From contig BFEA01000020.1 in NCBI GenBank assembly GCA_003427395.1, forward strand, positions 449,645 through 513,644: DNA of 64,000 bases. The letters run 5' to 3'. A model generated the notes under the pieces. The model was not told the DNA's origin. It searched no databases and was given only the letters and a program-made list of their open reading frames with translations. Shown one piece after another: positions 1-12,629 of the stretch (position 1 is the first letter of the stretch; every line of letters starts with the position of its first letter). The position numbers and the translations under genes are program-made. The DNA is from Chara braunii. Lineage: Eukaryota > Plantae > Charophyceae.

Positions 1-1692
1 GGAAAAAATGAAGACAAGGATGAACGAGGGAGAAATATATCCCAGATATCCCAGAATTCTAACGTGATGTCCCTCTCATGCTCACTCAGCTTTTGTCTCT
101 GACACATTGTTCAATGTCCGATGTCGGAGAGGGCCGAGAGTGCGTCAAGGGACCCACTTTGGCATGCACCGAGATACATCCACAGAACGAGAAAAGACGT
201 GAAAGTGTGCCCTTCCTAAAAACCATCATAAGGGTGGCATAAACCAAGGGAAAAAAGAAGAAAACAGGCAGCAGCAAAATAATGTTGTCAATGAACTTCG
301 GCGTGGAAGCAAGAAAAAGAGACAGAGGACCCATCACAGGGGAAGAACAACCCAAGAAAGCCGCAAATGAAAAGAAACAGAAACAACAGCGCAAAACAAA
401 GCGTGAATGAATCTGCTACGGGATAGCCAGTCAAGTCCACAGACAAACAGAAGCAAAGAGGAAGAGAGAGGACTGGTTTCTCACGGCCGTCCGATGGTGT
501 CACCAGCACATCCATATAAGACCGTTATGCAAGAACTATTGGGGGAGAGAACCGCATCACAAGGGAGGCACACCCCAAAAAAGGAAGGAAATAAAAGAAA
601 AGGTGCCAAGGAATACATCCACAGACAATGTGGGGTAGATGGCGCTGGGAGGATCGAAGATACATTTTATAGTCAAAATAGGTACATAGAGAGTAAATGA
701 CATGGGGCCTAGGTAAGAGGAAGGTACAGTGAGCGATGGCAAGGTAGCCCAAACAGGTTAAGACAGGTAGCATGATAGCTGGACAAAGGCAGATTAAGTT
801 GGAAGTGACGATACAATAGTCTGTGGAGCTTGATAGGCGGCCTGAGGAACAGCAGGGGACGCTCCTCCCTGGGCCCCATCTCTCTGAGGGTCCCCCCTGC
901 TCCTTCATTGGGTGCGCTGCTAGGAAGCCTCCCGACTAGCAGGGTGGCCCCCAGAGAAAGACCATGGTTTGGGGGCGTGGGTCCCCTTTAGCAGGTCCCC
1001 CCTTGGTAGACGATCAATGCCACAAGGGTTGGGCTGTTCCCCTTTTCTGATTTGATCGCCTCCCTTTCTTTGGATGTACAAACATGCTTCCTGGTGACAA
1101 GTAACCGTAGAAGGGGGGCTTTGCGTTGGTAAAAAAAAGGAAAAGGAATACATCCACAGAAAAACAATCAGCAAAGAGGGAGAGAGAGAGAGAGAGGGCC
1201 GTTTTCCTATGACCTTTTAGCCAGCCATAAAAAGCTGTTTCCTCTCTCTCTCTCCCTCTCTCTCTCTTTCTCCAAAAAATCCATTTCGTATGAATGCCCA
1301 TGACTGGACATAACAATAGCCCCATTCGTCTACTAAATCATTCCTGTGAACGTCTCTTTTCGTTTCTTCTTTTCAATACCTCCCCACCCCCCATCTCTTC
1401 TCTTCGCCCCATATCTTATGTGGCACCATCATTTCTGACTACACAGGAGTCTTGACCCTGGATCATGCAACATATATGGGTGACGTTCACCAGCAGATCA
1501 GCATCATCCTTCTTCTTCCTCTTTCCCCTTCCTCTTTTCTTGTTCTGACATTTCTTTCGCCTGTTTCTTCATTTTGCTTTCAGTTTTTAAATAAACCTTC
1601 TTATTCATCTTTTCTGATGCTTGTTGTTCACATCCAGTTTCTTACATTAGTGGGTGATTTGGATAGCACCCGCAGCCCAATAGTTGATTCCT

Positions 1693-3634
1693 AAATAGAA
1701 GGATCAATTCTCCATTTTGGCATGCAATCATCAGGGCTTGGAAGAAAGTCCTGTCAACAGGGTGGACAGAGCCAGTCACAAAATCGGAAGTTCTGCTGCA
1801 ACCCCTATTCGAGAACCCGAAGATCACCAACGCTGACACTTCTTCAGGCAGCTTCGGTCGGTCATGGATAGAAAAAGGGGTGCTCAGAATTGAAGATTTG
1901 TGGGATGATCTCATCGGTGATTGGAAACAAGACTCCGCTCTTAGAACAGCATTGGGGCAGGTTAGACAGCTACAGATGAAAAAACTCTCTTATTGCTGCG
2001 ATACCAAGGGAATGCAAAGATCTGTTCTTCTCAGAGACCCTAGACCTCCCTGGTACGTGGTATACCTCAGAGCCTACCTCCCTCTCAATCTGGCGTCTTA
2101 CCGAACATCTGCCCGATGGCAAACGCGTCTTTCAGGCCTTCTCAAACTCTGCTCAAAGATGAAGATAACTCGCAACCTCAACTGGGTCTTCCTCTCTCTC
2201 AAGTCCGAGTTCTTCTGTCTGCAGTGGGGGAATCTGAACCACAATACAATGTATTCGGTCTAGGGCAATCTATCCTCCAGTTGAAACTGGATCCTTGTCA
2301 ATGGGAATGGACCGTTTCGGGTCACAGTGGCAATTACAATAATCTTAAGGAGTACTCGTTGAAATTGGGATATTCGTTACTGAAACCGCTAAAATGCCCC
2401 TTGGTCACAGCTAGATCTTGTTGGCTGCAACTGCTAGAGATGGACCTGGAGATGGATCCGGCTCGGATTGATTCTGCACTATGTTCATGCTGGGAGCAGC
2501 TGAAACTCATCCCGTGTCAAAGACAAGCCTCCATATTGTGGCTAGCTTCCATGGTTGCTACGCCCACAGCTGTTTGGCTGGCACAAAAGGGTATGATGGT
2601 GGACCTCAAGTGCTGTCGATGCAATTGGGCGTTTGAATCCACAGTTCATTTGTGGTGGGACTGCCCCACCTCTGACAAAATTTGGAAATGGTGGATTACC
2701 CACTGGGCTCGAATCTCAGGTCCGGCCTTCCCATGGAATAAAGAATGGACTCTGCTGGGAGGCATCCCAGAGAACTGCAACAGACAATCTGGATGGGGCT
2801 ACGTGGCTCAGGTAATACGCCCCATTATCTTCTCAGTCATCTGGCAGTTTCAGAATGATCGGTTGTTCAATAACAAAGAGTGGTCGAATAAGCAAATCAG
2901 AGGTACCTTTTCTCTCCTGTCGTGCAGCTCCATCCAAGCTGACTGGAGACGCGAAGTGTCAAGAGCAAAATCCCCACACCATGGCATCCAATGGTTTAGG
3001 TCTACCTGGTGCCTTGGCAACTCACTGGCAACAATCAATACTGAGTGCCGACTACAGTTAGATTCATGGGTTCTGATATGAGAAGGAGGTTTACCAACCT
3101 TGGACTGCTCGGTTGCTCGTTTGGTCGCAGGAGACAGGCAGAGGGTAGTCAGTGGAAGGAGCGTCAACCGTACTAAGGGATCTCTCTCCACCGTTTGTAG
3201 GTGGACAAGTAGGTATATAGGCTGTAGCTTTAACTTGGTCAACTTTGCATTTTTTTTGGCTCTGTACTTGAAGCTAGGAATAGTAATTAAGTAGGAGGGT
3301 GGGGTTCCCTGGTTTTCTTTGGTATTAATTAGGTTAGGGAAAAGGGTTGGATAGTCTTTTTGTGTACAGGGACTCTTGGTTTGTTTTTGCATTGGTGTGT
3401 GTGGCTTTCAGGCCTTGCGGACTCCTTTGTTTCCAGGGTTCGGCTTTCCGTCAGGGCAGCGGTCTTGCATTGGCCATTTCTGCCACTGGACTTTTTCCCA
3501 ACGCCTGAACCTAAGCTGAGTAATGGTCCCAGTATTTGTTTTCCGGGTTGTTTGTGGAGGGATTCCCGGCCTCCCCTTTTTTCCATATAATGAAAGTGCT
3601 TTCCGTGAAAAAAAAAAAAAAAAAAAAAAAAAAA
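1693..3634 (+). mobile_element. 5'-truncated non-LTR retrotransposon (L1-like LINE) in a SEC16 intron, antisense to the gene
   Basis: ORF2 C-terminal fragments (1880..2263, 2116..3081), a ~520-bp 3' UTR and a poly(A) at 3608-3634. Flanking duplication AGTTGATTCCT at 1682-1692 and 3634-3644. Confidence 0.85.
2116..3081 (+). pseudogene. LINE ORF2 C-terminal fragment with zf-RVT zinc knuckle
   Basis: CCRCNWAFESTVHLWWDCP (C-x2-C...E...H...C) followed by Trp-rich IW..RN-like segments typical of plant L1 ORF2 ends. Frameshifted relative to the upstream fragment. Confidence 0.8.
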
Positions 3635-3819
3635 GTTGATTCCTGACATCAGTGGGTGATTTGTTTTGCTTTCGCTAATCCCTTGTAACCTGCGCGTACT
3701 GAGGTGTACCTGCGGGGGTCAGGACGCAAACGGAACAAACACCGAAGCTACCTGTGCTTCACCAACAGAGAAGGCAAAAGACAACACCCTCCTTGTGACA
3801 GCCTACGATACGCATATAC

Positions 3820-3957
3820 CTGCATCTCATGTTCCGATGGCATAGGTTGCAGTGGATTGCTCTTCGCCGCAGTTCCCCCATTCGCCCATCCTCCCTCATT
3901 CCGATCCTTGTGAGAGGACAGGAGCTCTGCCAGAGCACTCTCAGGGCCTTGGTCTTC
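3820..3957 (-). CDS. SEC16: SEC16-like internal exon; gene continues beyond position 1
   Basis: ccgcag|GAA acceptor and ATGCAG|gtatat donor, 138 nt, phase 0/0. EDQGPESALAELLSS...PLQPMPSEHEMQ matches the plant SEC16 PE.AVAKLF...LQ.LP.E.QMQ segment. Confidence 0.85.
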
Positions 3958-4476
3958 CTGCGGCCACCATACCAACCAAGGTACCAAAAAGCCAATCACT
4001 CTTCGAATCTCACATATCAACAAGCCAGTTTCACTAAATTGCATTGAACGCACCCGTCCTGCTCTAAAGGAGATACTTACGAGGACGAAGTTGGCAAAAC
4101 CACTTCCTCCAACAGCTAGATGACCCACCCGCCTTCCAACCTTTCCTCCTTTGCACAAGGAGAGTTGCCTGCCCTTTCCTTCCTTTTCACCTGCAATCGT
4201 TTACTTGGCACCTTCCAACAGGATGATTTGTCGGCACATTGAGTGTCAGAAACAATCTTGTCTTCTAACCACCGCTGAAGAACGCCACTCACAAGGACAT
4301 CAGCTACAACAGATGACGGATAAATCTCCTGGTCTACAAGAAGCATCAAATTCGTTCTCAGAAAAAATCAGTTCCACATGTCGGAGCAAGGCACTCCACC
4401 ATACTCAAGACTCCATAGAAAGAGGTGCGGGAGATATGACCATAAACAAAGAATTCATGAGCTCCAACTACCCCCC

Positions 4477-4562
4477 NNNNNNNNNNNNNNNNNNNNNNNN
4501 NNNNNNNNNNNNNNNNNNNNNNNNNNNNNNNNNNNNNNNNNNNNNNNNNNNNNNNNNNNNNN
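4477..4562. other. Assembly gap (N run)
   Basis: Run of n bases abutting a microsatellite. Confidence 0.99.

Positions 4563-4650
<88 letters not shown>
4563..4650. repeat. Compound microsatellite (CT)n(CA)n
   Basis: Direct reading. Confidence 0.97.
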
Positions 4651-4654
<4 letters not shown>

Positions 4655-4966
4655 GCATATATGTGTCCCAGAACACGCTCCAGGTGAGGAAGGAAAATAT
4701 CTGCCAACTTGTAAAATTGCCCGCCACCTGCACAACATTCTTTTCAATCAATGCAGCGATTACCTTATCACAGCTCGATTCACCATTAACAACCGTGGCG
4801 ATTACCTTCCTCCTCCTCCGCTGAGCTCATCATCATCATTATCATCAGGCAATACAAGAGCATGCAACTGTTGTGTTGCCCATATAACTGCCCCTCCTCT
4901 CCATCCCCCCACATACATTCATCAGACGATTGCAATCTTCACCCACCGCAAACGAACTTCCCTTAC

Positions 4967-5289
4967 CTGTGAGGCCCCCGTACCAGTAACACCAACCGAT
5001 CGCAGCCTGCCATAATGCTGGCAGGCAACTTTCAGCAGTCCCCATAGCATCCGCAGTGACTCTGGATTTCGGCATTCAGGCTCCTCCACGTGGCATTTGC
5101 TTGCTCTCTCGTCTATCCACTTCAGCAAATCCTTTTGAGATACGTTTCCCCCACCGACTAACGGCCCAGCCAGAGCATTACCGCTTAACCATGCAAAGTG
5201 CAACCTCCCGTTACCTCCCATGCTGTCACCATCTTCCCCAGACGAGCACACCACCTGATTCAAACTGTAGATAGAAATTGGACCGTGAG
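4967..5289 (-). CDS. SEC16: SEC16-like internal exon (start of central conserved domain)
   Basis: Translation HGPISIYSLNQVV...LAGPLVGGGNVSQKDLLKWIDER...LRMLWGLLKVACQHYGRLRS resembles the SEC16 central domain. Donor CAG|gtaagg at 4966; acceptor tttcag at 5290, but alternative acceptors nearby are possible. Confidence 0.85.
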
Positions 5290-5723
5290 CTGAAATTGTA
5301 CCCCCAGACTACCACGAACACAGCAGATCAAGAACAAAGCAAACAGGCATCAACCACACACAACCACACAAGGAAACAACATGCCATTATTGAAAGGGCA
5401 GGTGGAGCAACCATCCAACGACAAACGCAAGCACAAACATTAACAAAAGCAGACGTGAAGAAACGGGCAATTCCAAAAGGGAGTTCTTCTCAAGGCCACG
5501 TTCTTCTATTGAGAAACAAAGGAAAAGGCTCGAAAGCGATGACCGACGGGCAATACCGCTCGGCAGTTTAACATCTGATCCTAAGGGGAAAGAAAAAATA
5601 ACGACAGGCGTCGGTACCACCACGACTTGCTCGGCTTTTGGTAAGCCGCGATCGAGACAGGCATAAACGAATTCCGCCCTGAAAATGCCGCGATTAAAGC
5701 TGTATCAGTTCTAATCGACATGG

Positions 5724-5727
<4 letters not shown>

Positions 5728-5818
<91 letters not shown>

Positions 5819-5863
5819 TCTATGCAAAGCTCATTTCCCACGGGGGGATCAGAGTGCCCTAAC

Positions 5864-5942
<79 letters not shown>

Positions 5943-5945
5943 TGT
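5728..5945. repeat. Two compound microsatellites, (CT)n(CA)n and (CT)n(GT)n
   Basis: Direct reading; separated by a ~50-bp unique segment. Confidence 0.95.
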
Positions 5946-6807
5946 GTATAGACTCACGCACAGCTCATTTCCCACGGGTGCATGAACCTGCCCTAACCGT
6001 TCTCACAGCAGGAAGACCACAAGATGAATCATTCTTCTTCTCTATCTTTATTCTCTTATAACCTCATTGCGACAATCATCACGATTAACCGGTCAACACA
6101 TTGACTATAGATCGATTGACAGATCGACTCATCAACAAAGTGATATTAAGCGGTGAGTTGCTCTCCAACTCAATAATCATTTCACCCACTAGGTGATGGA
6201 CCACCTACCTCTCCTCCCATGCATGCATACTCTAATCCTACCTCTCTATCTGCTGCCCATCTATCTGTCTACCTAGTCATTTATACGGCTCTACTTACGC
6301 TCTATTTCCTTCCATCATCCCTCCATCCCTGCTATCCAGTGGTTAATGATCTATCTAGATTATCTACCTGTATGTGTGCCTACAAATACCTGCAGGCGTC
6401 CCCCATTCGTCTACCGATTTCGTCCAGCAGAGGAAGAAGAAGCCAGTCTCGTACGCGTTGTCTTCAGCGCCTCTTCGGGATCCTCCTCGCATCCAATAGC
6501 CCCCGAGGCGGGCACACAAAATATAGAGAGAGAATGCCGGTGCCGAGGACTGAGGAGTGCAGGAGAGCGACAATGGTGGGCAGCGTCAGACGGGGCACGC
6601 GCGTGAGAGGACTGGAGAAAGTGCTCGGAACCGACTCAGGAGACCAGGGAGAGAGATTCATTTTGTTGCCCACATTCATTCGTTGATTGTATCGCTTCAT
6701 TACTCAAAGTCGGCCCCTCGGATTTCCCTCTCTGCTCCCGTCACCAGAAGAGTAAAGGATTCGACTTTTACCAAACTTAGGGAATACTCACGCTAGAACT
6801 TTCCCTC

Positions 6808-6885
6808 TGACTGCAATCACGGCCAGACCTGGATGAACCTGACTGCAATCATGGCCAGACGTGGATGAACCTGACTGCAATCACG
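6808..6885. repeat. Short tandem repeat, ~2.5 copies of a ~32-bp unit
   Basis: ctgactgcaatcaYggccagacStggatgaac repeated. Confidence 0.85.
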
Positions 6886-7017
6886 TGCAGAGCTTAGTGG
6901 AAAAAGTCCTGGTGTGTGAGTATGCCCTCATCTGTTATCTGCCTTGCAGAATGCCCAAGTTCTTTGAGTGTCTTTAGAGTCTCCTAGTACTCGACTAGCA
7001 GTCACAAAACGCGTTAC

Positions 7018-7126
7018 TACCGTCGTCACCCGAATAGAACGTGCAGTCATTACCGCTGTATCTAGACTCAAAGATGCCTCGAATACAGCTATAATGACCG
7101 GGCGTTCTATGCGGAGGAAGATGGTC
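7018..7126. mobile_element. Diverged copy of the same MITE family
   Basis: taccgtcgtcacccgaatagaacgt...cgttctatgcggaggaagatggt with an internal palindromic gctgtat/atacagc arm. Confidence 0.65.
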
Positions 7127-7658
7127 GTACTAGGCTAGTAGGCATAAAAGGTGTCGTCAAGTCCCTGACCGCTGAGGCATAAGGGAGAGATGCGTCGAGC
7201 GCAAGAGAGAGAAGACCATACGAGAGGGCCAACCGCTAGGAAGAGAACAGAGGGCAAAGAGGGTCCGTGGCGAAGAAAGGTGTTTCCCAGCAACGACAGC
7301 ACGGGAGAGGCTGTTGGAGAGCGTGGCGAGAGAGTCGGGAAAGCATGTAAGAGATGCTGCGAAACATAGATAGAGTAGAAGAGGGGGTCGGAGAGGGCGT
7401 GGGAGGGTGAGAATAGGGAGGGGGAAGGGTAAAGCGCTCGGTGGAAGATCGCTCAAGTGAGGTGGCCCTGCACAGCGCGCCAAGGAGAAAGCTCGACTGA
7501 GAGAGAGAGCGCGCAGAATCGTGCGCCAAGAGGCCCTGAAGCACGCACGCGGGAAAGGAAGACACGTTTCAACCAAAAAAAACTTCCGCTCCAAACGAAA
7601 ACCATTCCGCAAACGAACTTTATGTTCCGTCCAGAAGCAACCTTCCAATCTTTTAGGT

Positions 7659-8382
7659 CATTATGTAGTATTCTGTCCAGATGCAACGCACAAAGCCCCC
7701 ACGGGAAGTATTTCGTCCATTGATACATCCTCAGGGGAAAGTGACACCGGAGGTGGAAAACATCGAGTCCACGTGGTTTTGCATCCATTATGTAGTATAA
7801 TGTCCAGATGCAACGCACAAAGCCCCCACGTGGAGGGTCGACGACGGTACGCCCTCTTTAAGGACACCTTTGAACGTGGTTTTTGAAACCTATTCCGACC
7901 GCCTTGACGAATTTTTAGCCCTCGCCTCCTCCAACTGATCACAGACAGACACCAAAGTCGTCTGTACCTTTGACGGAGTTTTCGCCCTCGCCTCCTCTCC
8001 CGTACCGCTTTGACGAATTTTTAGCCCATTCCATCACGTGCACTGCCGTCTACAAACTACCGTCTCCACCCGAATAGAACGTACCGTCATTATTGCCGTG
8101 TAGACTGACAGTTCGCCCACGTGCAGCCACATTTAATGACCGTACGTACGTTCTATTCGGGTGAGGACGGTACTGATGATGCCGGCAGGAAAGTTACCGC
8201 CACTGTTAAAAGAGGGTGGTGCTTAGTCAATAGTACCCGTTCGTGCTGCTACTGTGATGGATGCCATGTGGACGGCGGGATGGTCTCCATGGACGAACCC
8301 AGTGCAGTGGACAAGGGCAAACCACACCCCTAGTCAACAGTATCCGTTCGTGCTGCTACTGTGATGGATGCCATGTGGACGG
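7659..8382. repeat. Cluster of short dispersed direct repeats in the SEC16 intron
   Basis: cattatgtagtaWWNtgtccagatgcaacgcacaaagcccc at ~7659 and ~7786; ttgacgaatttttagccc at ~7903 and ~8010; ccgttcgtgctgctactgtgatggatgccatgtggacgg at ~8237 and ~8344. Confidence 0.8.
8058..8172. mobile_element. MITE (~115 bp) with 27-bp terminal inverted repeats, TA-flanked (Tc1/mariner-pogo-like)
   Basis: Left TACCGTCTCCACCCGAATAGAACGTAC versus reverse complement of the right end TACCGTCCTCACCCGAATAGAACGTAC. Confidence 0.75.
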
Positions 8383-8616
8383 GGTGTCAAAAACCGACCC
8401 ATAGCTCTTTTGTTTGCTGTTGATAATCGGAAACTAGCGACGTACATATGCCATGATCGAGTTCATATTCATTGGAAAAAAATAAAAAAAAGGAAAAAAC
8501 GCACGCAACGAAGGATCAATCAAATAGGCAAAAACCACAGTAACTTCGTCATGTCGCACGCCTCAGACTTACTGTAATAAGTCGTAACACGACCAATCCG
8601 GCCATCCATTCTTTCC

Positions 8617-8702
8617 TACCTTCTCCCGAATACAACGTGCAGTCATTATTGCTGTATTTAGACTGAAAATGGCTCCAAATACAGCTATGATGGAGTAGGT
8701 AG
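8617..8702. mobile_element. Degenerate third copy of the same MITE family
   Basis: taccttctcccgaatacaacgtgcagtcattattgctgtatttagact...aaatacagctatgatg aligns with 7018-7126. Confidence 0.55.
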
Positions 8703-8972
8703 CTCTCTACCAGTACGACCACCGCCCGTTCACACCGCACCCATTCATAACGGTACAGCATTACTATTTTCTAACATTAATTAATTACAGCAATTGATGC
8801 TAACAATCCTTGATCACAGGCAGGCTTGTGTACAGGCATATCTGGCCCAATCACATGCACGTATATACGATAACAGGCCACTCCCCTGACAAAGACTCTC
8901 TGCTGTTCTGGATGATGATATGCACAATGAGAAAACAATACAGTAATAGGCCGCTTCCCTGGACGGCCCTGC

Positions 8973-9003
<31 letters not shown>

Positions 9004-9061
9004 AACGAGAACCGTGCAGAAAGTTTTTTAAGGGATGGTCCATGGCCGACCAATTCAATAC

Positions 9062-11830
9062 CTCGTTGCCAGTGCTGGTGCGCAAATGCATTGACACCAG
9101 CGGCTTCGCCACCACCATTCGTCCACCGAAGCCGAAGACAACCAAGGCGTGCGATGGCCTACCCGCCGTCGATCTCATCGCCTCATCATTCGTCTTCGGG
9201 GGGGTGTCGGCCCACAGCTGTTTTTCCAAGGCGAAATGCTTTGGCATGTACCTCATTGGTTGATGCTGCTGAGGTGGAGGCTGTTGGTACTGCGGCTGGT
9301 GCTGTGGGGAAAACGACGGGCCGTCCATCACGTCTGCCTTCCTCAGACTCGCCTCATCCTGATTCCATGTACTGCTTATCACTCCCCCATCACTGTACTG
9401 CCCACTTGAGGCATAGTGGTCTACAGGGGGCACCTGGTTGCTGTCCCCCCCCCAACCCGATTGACCAAACGATGTCGAAGCCCGCCTACCCTTCTCTTCC
9501 TCCATCCTTCCTCCACCACCACCAGGCAGGGCAACCGATGCCGACGCGCCCAACCCTTTCCCCCAGTACTCCGATCCCTCAGCAGAAGAAGACGAAGCCC
9601 CCATTCGCTTCGCTGTCCCCTCTCTCTTGTCTGAGATTTCGTCCCCTTCCCCACCACCGCCAGAAAATCCCTTTCCTCCCCCTGACACCCCGACAAACTG
9701 CTGTTGCTGCTGTTGCGGATCCACATACCACTCGTTTCCCCCCATCATCTGACTCCCTCCAGGCTGCTTCTCAGGAAAATACTCCTTGTAAACCCCCATC
9801 GCTCCTCCATCAGCATGCTGCATCTGTGTACCTGCTTCTCCTGACCTGACAATCCCCTCGTCTTGGCCACCCTGTGCCACATACGCGGCCTCCTGGTGTT
9901 CTGGCCAAGCCGCTGTGTTCGGATCGACCTCCCATTGCTGTGTTACAAGATTCCATCTCCATCCTGGATACTCCTCGGAGGTGTAATGCAGCGATTCTCC
10001 TTGAACATCCATCGTAGAAGAATCGTTCCCGCCTGCTCCGACCCTCCCTTCCATCCCGCCCAAGCCGTACCATTGTTGCTGCTGCCCAGCCTCCACCACA
10101 ACGTCACCTTGCGTCATCAATCCATATCCTCCTTGAAACCCTTCCTCCGTCCCTCCACACTCGTTTGCCTGCTGCCGTTGCCAATAGCCGCCGCTCGTGT
10201 ACCCCTCTCCACCATACCACGTCTGACCGCCAGTCGTCTGATTTCCTGCCCCCCCCGACAAGGACGACTCCACCATCTCTGCGCTTGGTGCCTCTGCACT
10301 GGCTCCGATTCCAAAGTCCCCGGAGTCCGCCATACCAGGCGCCGATTGGATAACACTCTCCAATCCCGCCGCATGTCCCGCTCCACCCCCATATCCATCT
10401 CCCCCAAACTCCGTCCCCTGCCCTCCTCCTCCCCAGCCGTATTCGAACGCTTGCCCTGGCCCTCCCGCACCCCCGAGGTAGCAGGCGTTCTGCATATACC
10501 CGTTCGGCGGACTTCCGGTGGTTATTCCTCCTCCAGTCAAGTCGTCGCCTGTCTCTGTGAGCTGATCCCCGCCCGCGTGGAAACCCCCGTCGTACGCCCA
10601 CCCGAGTGCCCCTCCATCTGCTTCCGTCGGCGCTGCGCAAGTTGCCGTCATCATCGAGTGATGATGATCTTCCTCTTCCGCCGTCGCTGCTATCTGCGTG
10701 AAGAAATCCGCGTCTTCCTCCCCACCAGCAAAGAAGTCGGCCGTGCTTCCCCCGAAGGGAATCGGGGATACGCTGTAAGTCCGCTCGGCCTGCGCCAGCG
10801 CCATTCCCTGCGTTGCCGACACTCGCTGTCCTCCCCCCGCTTGTTCTTGCCTCCTCTCCCTCTCATCCTGATCTCCGCCGCGGCCCCCTGTTCCCGCAGT
10901 ATCCCCCTCCATTCCCCCCCACCCAGCAGCGTTCTCCATGGCCGCGGGTGAACACACCTCGTCACCTTCCTTCCGAGTCGGCTCCTTGCTCTCCTTCAGC
11001 TCCATACCGCCCGTATCCTTTTTCACGTCCACGTCTCGAGCTTCAGCGCTGCGCAACAGAGGCGTATCCGCGGCCGCAGAGACTGGATTGTCGTCCTGCA
11101 AAAACGAGTTTTTTCCCGCCTTTCCCTCCACCAGTGCGATTGAATTGGAAAAATCCACCTCGTAGACATATGGTTCGCAACCTACGCCACCGAATAAATG
11201 ACCCATCCCGCCCCCGTCACTATTAGCACCTATATCCCCACCATCTCCTACCTTCCCGCCTACCTCCTCTACCAGCCCACAGGTGATGATGGGACAATTC
11301 GATTTCATGTCCCCGCGCAACACCGACCCCGAGTTCCCGTCCTCGCCTTTCTCCCCGCGTCCCTCGAAAGCAGCCGCCTCCTCATAGAATTGTGCCGCAT
11401 CACCTTCATCATCACCGGCGTCGTCATCGAACGCAAAGGAAAGCGATGGGAGGAGCCTCGCCCCACTACTACTACGCGTATCCGCTGCTGCTACATGTTG
11501 AGGAGAGGTGGACGAGGAGAGGGAGGGGGAGCAGGACACAGCGTTCGAAGTGGCCGATACTTCCTTTCCGTTCGCTTCCCCTCCTCCCCTAGTTGCGGGC
11601 TGAGCCGGATAACCGACCACCTTCTCTGGCCGAGCCGCTGCACCCCATCCCGCCGCTCCCAGTTGCCCATCCGCCATCGCCCTCGTCCCTAATTCTGCGG
11701 GCATGTGGTTCCTTCCTCTCGCAGAGCCCATGGAGCCCACGCACCTTTCCGCTGAATTGCTACCATCCTGAAAAGCACCTGCTTCTCCGCCGATCTCTTC
11801 TAAGGGTCTCCACGCTCCACCGCTCTCCAT
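9062..11830 (-). CDS. SEC16: SEC16-like COPII coat assembly protein, first coding exon (923 codons, Gly/acidic low-complexity N-terminus)
   Basis: ORF 8972..11830 has YPGWRWNLVTQQWEVD and RSTAGRPSHALVVFGFGGRMVV, matching plant SEC16 motifs as I recall them (YPGWKYD..TGQW.QVD; GRPPHALVTFGFGGKL). GAG|gtattg donor at 9061 (phase 0), after which the ORF runs into an (AAG)n repeat. Confidence 0.88.
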
Positions 11831-12629
11831 TGTCCTCCAAAATGGAGAGTAGATGGAGAGTTAGCGGACTCGAAAATCTACACTTTCCGGCCTTCGCTCC
11901 ACCTAACTCTCCATTTCGACACTCTCCAACAACTCTCCGTTCTTTTCTTTTTCACTCGCTCTTATACCGCACTGCCTCCGAGCCTCTTTTTGCCGAGGGG
12001 GATTGCCCCTGTGCGCTAAGCTTCGCCGGAACACCGGCGCAGCTCTTTTTTTTCCGGTCTGGCTCGCGCCGCCAGCCTCGGCGGTCCGGAATCCCCGAAC
12101 CTCCGGAAAACCCAGGATGATATGCCAGCCATCACTCTCCCATAGCCACGAGCCTCCGGAAAACCCAGAATGTTACGTTTTTAATTTTATTTTATTTTTT
12201 TCAAGGGCCATGGCCTTGAGATATCATCATTGAACTGACTGGCCCCAGGTAATTCAGAATTCAGAATGGTTTTATTCTGATCATCTGGTTGTGTCTCTAT
12301 TCGAACAGTTTGTGGGTGTACGAGCTGAGCTAGGCCCATCCGTAACCTTTTCACTTCGCTTGGGAAAGGTAGTGGTGGAAAGAACCGACACCAGGTCGGT
12401 TTTATGAAATTGAAGCAACGGAAGGGTTGAACAGAGTGCTCTCAATTGTTTTAAAGCATTGTAAACGGCATCTACCCGCGAGGGTGGAGGCTGCTCGAGG
12501 GGTCCTGGTCGCATCACAAATGAGGAAAACGCTAGGCATAAATATAATGAAGGAGTTGCGCCATTCATGTGGGCCAACTATATTTTTCATCAACCCCTAT
12601 GAAAAGACAAGGGTCTGCGAGTCACCATC

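Noticed and set aside
4116-4349. Extra SEC16 exon
   Set aside because: The available acceptor in phase 0 leads to an early stop, and the flanking exons join in frame without it.
8173-8195. Hammerhead ribozyme core (CTGATGA...GAAA)
   Set aside because: Stem II has no loop and stems I and III cannot be formed.
9091-10951. Long plus-strand ORFs (252 aa, 362 aa)
   Set aside because: Antisense shadows of the GC-rich SEC16 exon.
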